Below are positions 59,779 to 64,000 of a DNA stretch of 64,000 nucleotides, in pieces; the first letter of the stretch is position 1, and each line of letters starts with the position of its first letter. Below the pieces are notes generated by a model. That model ran no database searches. It was not told where the DNA came from and saw nothing but the letters and a program-made list of their open reading frames with translations. The position numbers and the translations under genes were made by a program. Origin of the DNA: Vicinamibacterales bacterium (GTDB lineage Bacteria; Acidobacteriota; Vicinamibacteria; Vicinamibacterales; UBA2999); assembly GCA_036274155.1 (NCBI GenBank), contig DASUGH010000041.1:46373-110372 (forward strand). The letters are read 5' to 3'.

Positions 59779-61812
59779 ATGTTCGCTGCGTGCGCGCCAG
59801 CGGTGTTCGGCGCCACGGTGCTGCTCTGGTGCGACACCGCGACCGGACGTGCCCAGGCGCCCGCCGAGTGCGCGACCTCCGAATGTTCCATTGACGCGCG
59901 CCAGCCCGCCCGCCTGCAGGACCCGCCGCTTCTGGCCGATGCGGCCGCCGCCTCTCAGTTGAAACGCCAGTTCGTCGACGCGCTGCAGCGCTTCGTACGC
60001 GCGCAGGCTGGAACATTCGGCGACGAAGGCGCGGAGCTCGATCGCAGTCTGTCCGACATGGAGTCGACGCTCGAGAGGTGGGATGCCTCCATAGAGGCGC
60101 TGCGGGCGCGCGCGTCGCGATTGCCGGCGACCGCCGACGTCCACCTCGTAGCGGCGGTGGTCCTGCTCGACCGCCTTCGAGTCCACGAGGCCATCCGTGA
60201 GCTCGAGGCTGCCATCCGCAGCGAAGACGGCCGCGCCGACGTGCATGCGCTCGCCGCCCTCGCCTACCGGCTCGCAGGCCGTCCGGCCGACGCGACGCGA
60301 GCGCTGCAGCGCGCTGCGGCGCTCGACCGCGACAACCCGGCGGTCTTCTACGCGCTGGCGCAGCCGTGGGCGAGCCCGGCCGGCTCAGAGGCCGCGTCCC
60401 AGACGCGGCGTGGTTTTCAACGGGCGGTCCGCGCGCGAAGCGCTGTCACACGTGCGGGCACCCCCGCCGGCCCCTTCGAACGCATCGATCTCTTGAAGCA
60501 GGCCGGCGGAGTGGCGCCGGTCTTTGCAGAGGCACGCTACCTCGAAGGGTTCGCCAGGCTGAACGAAGCCGATTACCGGGAAGCGCTCGCCCGTTTCCGA
60601 ACCACGGCTCATGCTGATCCATTGGTGACTGGCCAGCCTGAGACGCGCGATCGGAGAGTACAGGCAGCTTCGCTGCTGCGGGCTGCGCAGGTGGACACGG
60701 CGCGCCGGCAGCTGGAGAGCGCAGCGGAGGCCGCCCCGGACGACTCCGAAACACACCGCATCCTCGCGCTCGCCTGCTGGGTCGGCGACGATGCCGGGTG
60801 CGCCATCTCTCATCTCCGTTCGGCCATCCGCCTGGTGCCATCCGACAGCCGTGCGCGCTCGATGCTCGCCCGTGTGTTCGTCGAAGACGGTCGCGCCGCC
60901 GAAGCCGAGCACGAGTTGATGCAGACGCTCGAATCGGGTCTGGTCTCGGGTAGCGTGCACTATCAGCTCGCCCAGCTTTATCAACGTCGGGCGCTCCCGC
61001 CACAGGCGTCGCAGCAGCTGGAGAAGGCCGGGCAGTACGGACCGATCGTCGGACGCGACCACTTCTTCCGGCTGATGGGCAGCCTGCTCGTCGACCAGGC
61101 CGATTTCGACGGAGCCGTCGCGGCGTATACCAGGCGCATCGACGTGAACCCGAACAGCGCCGAAGCCCATCGCCAGCTCGGCGAGATTTTCTTCCTGCAG
61201 GGCCGCAACGAGGAGGCGCTGCTGGAGGCGACGACCGCTGCCTGGCTGGATCCGGCCGATGCGCGGGCACTCGCTGGCGTGGGCCAGGCCCACGTGCGCG
61301 CGACCGCCTACCCCGAGGCCGTCATCGCCTTCCGGCGTGCCCTCGAGCTCGACGGCGGTCTTCAGGAGGCACGCTACGGGCTCGCCACGTCGCTGTTGCG
61401 TTCAGGCAAGGCCGACGAGGCGCGCAGTCAGATGGCGATCGTCGAGCGGCTTCAGAGCGAAGCCGCAGCCCGGGGGCGATTGGCGTTTCAGGTCGACGCC
61501 CTCAGACGCGAGGCGTCCGGATACCTGATTGCCGGCACGCTCGACGATGCGATCCGCGTGTTGAGCGAGATCCTGAGAGCCGACGACAGCGCGAGATCGC
61601 GTCGTGAGCTGTCAGTGGCTCTGATGAGGGCCGGACGCACGGTGGAGGCCGTCGAGCACCTCGAGGCTGCACGCCGCCTCGACGAGAGCCCGGAAGTGCT
61701 CGCGCTGCTCGCCGCCGCGTACGAGACTGCCGGCAGGCGTGAGGACGGCGCCCGGTTGCGCGTGCAACAGCGCCGTCTCATTGAGCAGGCCAGGCTCGAT
61801 CGGCTTCGATAA
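59779..61812 (+). CDS. TPR-repeat protein, secreted
   Basis: ATG 59779 and a hydrophobic N-terminus. The body has many 34-aa TPR-like units (A...Y..A....P.....). Confidence 0.75.
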   Translation: MFAACAPAVFGATVLLWCDTATGRAQAPAECATSECSIDARQPARLQDPPLLADAAAASQLKRQFVDALQRFVRAQAGTFGDEGAELDRSLSDMESTLERWDASIEALRARASRLPATADVHLVAAVVLLDRLRVHEAIRELEAAIRSEDGRADVHALAALAYRLAGRPADATRALQRAAALDRDNPAVFYALAQPWASPAGSEAASQTRRGFQRAVRARSAVTRAGTPAGPFERIDLLKQAGGVAPVFAEARYLEGFARLNEADYREALARFRTTAHADPLVTGQPETRDRRVQAASLLRAAQVDTARRQLESAAEAAPDDSETHRILALACWVGDDAGCAISHLRSAIRLVPSDSRARSMLARVFVEDGRAAEAEHELMQTLESGLVSGSVHYQLAQLYQRRALPPQASQQLEKAGQYGPIVGRDHFFRLMGSLLVDQADFDGAVAAYTRRIDVNPNSAEAHRQLGEIFFLQGRNEEALLEATTAAWLDPADARALAGVGQAHVRATAYPEAVIAFRRALELDGGLQEARYGLATSLLRSGKADEARSQMAIVERLQSEAAARGRLAFQVDALRREASGYLIAGTLDDAIRVLSEILRADDSARSRRELSVALMRAGRTVEAVEHLEAARRLDESPEVLALLAAAYETAGRREDGARLRVQQRRLIEQARLDRLR

Positions 61813-61850
61813 AACAGGCCCGATCCCGACCGCTGACCGCGCGGCGCCGT

Positions 61851-63527
61851 TCACCGCTGGCCGACGCGCAAGCCTGCCCCTTCCCTGGCGACGTAGAAGC
61901 GATCCGCCTCGACACCGGTGGCAGACTCGACGAGGCCGCTCGGCCATCGAATCTCGAGCCGTTCAATGCGCGACACCGTGCCGAGACCGAAGTGCGCCCG
62001 CGTGTCGCTGTGGGAGAGATAGCTGCCGTCGCCGCGCACCCACGTCACCTGCCGGCGGCCGGCCGCATCGATACGTACTTTGGCACCTATCGCATCGCGA
62101 TTGCTCTTGGAGCCGATGAGCCGCAGCGTCACCCAGTGATTGGCGCTCGACGTGTCGTTCCGGAGCAGCGTCGGCGGCTCGTTCATGTTGATGACCAGGA
62201 TGTCGACGTCGCCGTCGTTGTCGTAGTCGCCGAACGCGGCCCCGCGGCTCGACTGCTCGATGAGCAGGCCCCCGCCGCTCTCGGCGGTCGCGTGCCGGAA
62301 CCGGCGCCCCTCGTTCATGAACAGCTGCTTGCGCTGGCGGTAGCGCGTGCCGAGGCCATGCCGGTCCACTTCCGGATAGACGTGGCCATTGGCGATGAAC
62401 ACATCCAGCCGGCCGTCGTTGTCGAGGTCGACCAGCTTCACTCCCCAGCCCAGATACGCGCCAGCGGTCGACGCGATGCCAGCGGCATAGCTGCGATCCG
62501 TGAACAGGCCCGCCGGCCCGTTCTCGTACAGCGTGTTGTAGTCGTGCGAGAAGTTGGTGACGATGAGGTCCGCGAGACCGTCGCCGTTGTAGTCGCCGGC
62601 GTCGACGCCCATGCCGGCCTGGGCGCGGCCGTCGCCGCTCAGGGCCGCGCCCGACAGCAGACCCTCTTCAACGAAGGTGCCGTTGCCACGATTGCGGAAG
62701 AGAAGATTCGGCACCGAATCGTTCGCAACGAAGATGTCGGGCCAGAGGTCGTCGTTGAGATCCGCGAACACGACACCGAAGCCGTAATACCCGGGATCGT
62801 CTGCACCGCTGGCAACGCTGACATCGGAGAACGTCCCGTCGCCGTTGTTCCTGTACAACACGTCCTTCTCACCCGTGAGCCGTTTCGGGCCGCAGAACAC
62901 GTCGGTTGCCATGAACTTGCAATTCGCTGTCGTGCCGCGGCTGGGAATCGTGCGCTCGTCGAACTGCACGTAGTTCGCGACGTACAGATCCAGATCCCCA
63001 TCGCGGTCATAGTCGGCGAAGGCGCAGCTCGTGCTCCAGCGTGACTCGTCGAGCCTGGCGCCGCTGGTGACGTCGGCGAACGTTCCCATGCCGGTGTTGT
63101 GCCACAGCACATCCGCGCCGAACGCCGTGATGTACACGTCGTCGAATCCGTCGTTGTCGTAATCGCCGACACAGACACCCGAACCCCATCCGCGGCGTGC
63201 GAATCCGCTCGCCGACGTCACGTCTCGGAATCGACCGCCACCGGTGTTCTGATAGAGGGCCAGCATCGGATCGCCGCCGGCCGCAAAGCCCTCTCGCGTG
63301 GATCCGTTGACGATGAGGGCGTCGAGATCGCCGTCGTTGTCGTAGTCGAAGAACGCCGCGCCGTTGCCGTTCGCGTCGACGATGTAGTTCTTGTCGGGGC
63401 CGCCAGAGACGTTGACGAGGTCGAGGCCCGACCCGGCGGCCACGTCCACCAGTCGCACCACGGCACCCTGGGCACCGGCGAGCGCCGCCAGGAGCGCGAT
63501 CAGGATGCCGATCAGAAGGAGACGCAC
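61851..63527 (-). CDS. CRTAC1-family protein (FG-GAP/VCBS repeats plus ASPIC/UnbV C-terminus)
   Basis: A signal peptide is followed by repeated D.D.DGD.D segments (FFDYDNDGDLD, GDYDNDGFDD, ADYDRDGDLD, DLDNDGRLD, GDYDNDGDVD). The C-terminal block RDAIGAKV......R...........GSYLS.SD...HFGLG is characteristic. Confidence 0.85.
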   Translation of the reverse strand: MRLLLIGILIALLAALAGAQGAVVRLVDVAAGSGLDLVNVSGGPDKNYIVDANGNGAAFFDYDNDGDLDALIVNGSTREGFAAGGDPMLALYQNTGGGRFRDVTSASGFARRGWGSGVCVGDYDNDGFDDVYITAFGADVLWHNTGMGTFADVTSGARLDESRWSTSCAFADYDRDGDLDLYVANYVQFDERTIPSRGTTANCKFMATDVFCGPKRLTGEKDVLYRNNGDGTFSDVSVASGADDPGYYGFGVVFADLNDDLWPDIFVANDSVPNLLFRNRGNGTFVEEGLLSGAALSGDGRAQAGMGVDAGDYNGDGLADLIVTNFSHDYNTLYENGPAGLFTDRSYAAGIASTAGAYLGWGVKLVDLDNDGRLDVFIANGHVYPEVDRHGLGTRYRQRKQLFMNEGRRFRHATAESGGGLLIEQSSRGAAFGDYDNDGDVDILVINMNEPPTLLRNDTSSANHWVTLRLIGSKSNRDAIGAKVRIDAAGRRQVTWVRGDGSYLSHSDTRAHFGLGTVSRIERLEIRWPSGLVESATGVEADRFYVAREGAGLRVGQR

Positions 63528-63582
63528 GGCGCCCGTATTCTTGCAGATCGACCGGGTGAGTGGTATTTAACGCGGAATGAAC

Positions 63583-64000
63583 ATGAGAGTGCTCGCATCG
63601 ATCGGCGCCGGACCGGCGCTCGTGCTGGCCTGCTCCTGCGGCAGCGGGAGTGCGGCCGGGCCTTCCGCCGTCGAGCGCGTCTCAGGCGTGTGGGTCGGGC
63701 AGTCGACGCTGTCGTCGGTGAGCGGAGGCGAATGCGTCGGGACCATGCTTGGCGAGAAGATCGGCGGCCGCGACATGTTCGCGGCACCAATGGTACAGAC
63801 CGGCTCCCATGTCGAAGCCACCGTCAGCTATGAGGGCAACAAGACTGCCTGTGCGTACTCGGGAGGCCGGCAGGGAGCCGACATCGAGCTGACCCTCACG
63901 TCGTGTCGTGTCGACGAGGTTCGTTCGATGCGGTGCGACAATGGCGAGTCCCGCGAGATCCGGATGATGTCGGGCCGGATTACCGCTCGTGCCGACAATG
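63583..64000 (+). CDS. Putative lipoprotein, 5' partial (runs off the window end)
   Basis: It is not in the ORF track because no stop is reached. ATG 63583 opens MRVLASIGAGPALVLAC-SCGSG (lipobox LAC). The frame stays open with balanced composition to position 64000. Confidence 0.55.
   Translation, partial: MRVLASIGAGPALVLACSCGSGSAAGPSAVERVSGVWVGQSTLSSVSGGECVGTMLGEKIGGRDMFAAPMVQTGSHVEATVSYEGNKTACAYSGGRQGADIELTLTSCRVDEVRSMRCDNGESREIRMMSGRITARADN

Noticed and set aside
1-64000. Looked for tRNA, rRNA, tmRNA, CRISPR arrays, integrases and transposases.
   Set aside because: By eye I found no GTTCGAATC-type T-loop context, no rRNA-like conserved blocks, no repeat-spacer arrays and no recombinase or transposase motifs. 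A covariance-model scan (tRNAscan-SE, Infernal/Rfam) would be needed to exclude small RNAs.

Overview
The window is 64 kb of visibly GC-rich bacterial chromosome; I did not compute GC content. I read about 50 protein-coding genes from it and found no rRNA, tRNA, CRISPR array, transposase or integrase. The gene content points to Acidobacteriota or a similar soil phylum, but that is an inference from family content only. The supporting families are an ADOP-type duplicated FtsX permease, DUF1592/DUF1552 and DUF1800/DUF1501 pairs, a CarboxypepD_reg-TonB-type outer-membrane protein, a CRTAC1/FG-GAP protein and PD40 beta-propellers.

Most of the long Arg/Ala/Pro/Gly-rich ORFs in the track are antisense or off-frame artefacts of the high GC content. 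Real genes stand out by balanced composition, signal peptides, catalytic motifs and SD-like sequences.

The two gene clusters I consider most worth following up are:
1. 30.1-35.9 kb: two paralogous wHTH-FHA regulators bracket a Ser/Thr kinase-beta-propeller fusion, an exported receiver-like protein and an outer-membrane barrel.
2. 38.3-44.7 kb: a radical-SAM/SPASM-like enzyme, an atypical Kdo/RIO-like kinase, a CmoB-like methyltransferase and a membrane-fused spermidine-synthase-like protein.

The non-coding space is unusually structured:
- Two abutting MITE-like elements, one with a perfect 25-bp terminal inverted repeat.
- A dispersed REP-like hairpin family (core AACCGAGC-TTCA/TGAA-GCTCGGTT) at many gene ends.
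- A roughly 280-bp array of G-rich 7-8-nt repeats with strong G-quadruplex potential.
- Short heptamer micro-arrays.

There are also several gene remnants: a CotH gene with an internal deletion, a split paralog, kinase fragments, a LuxR HTH tail and a heme-c fragment.

All coordinates and starts were derived by eye from the sequence and the ORF track. Family names rest on motif recognition, not on database searches.
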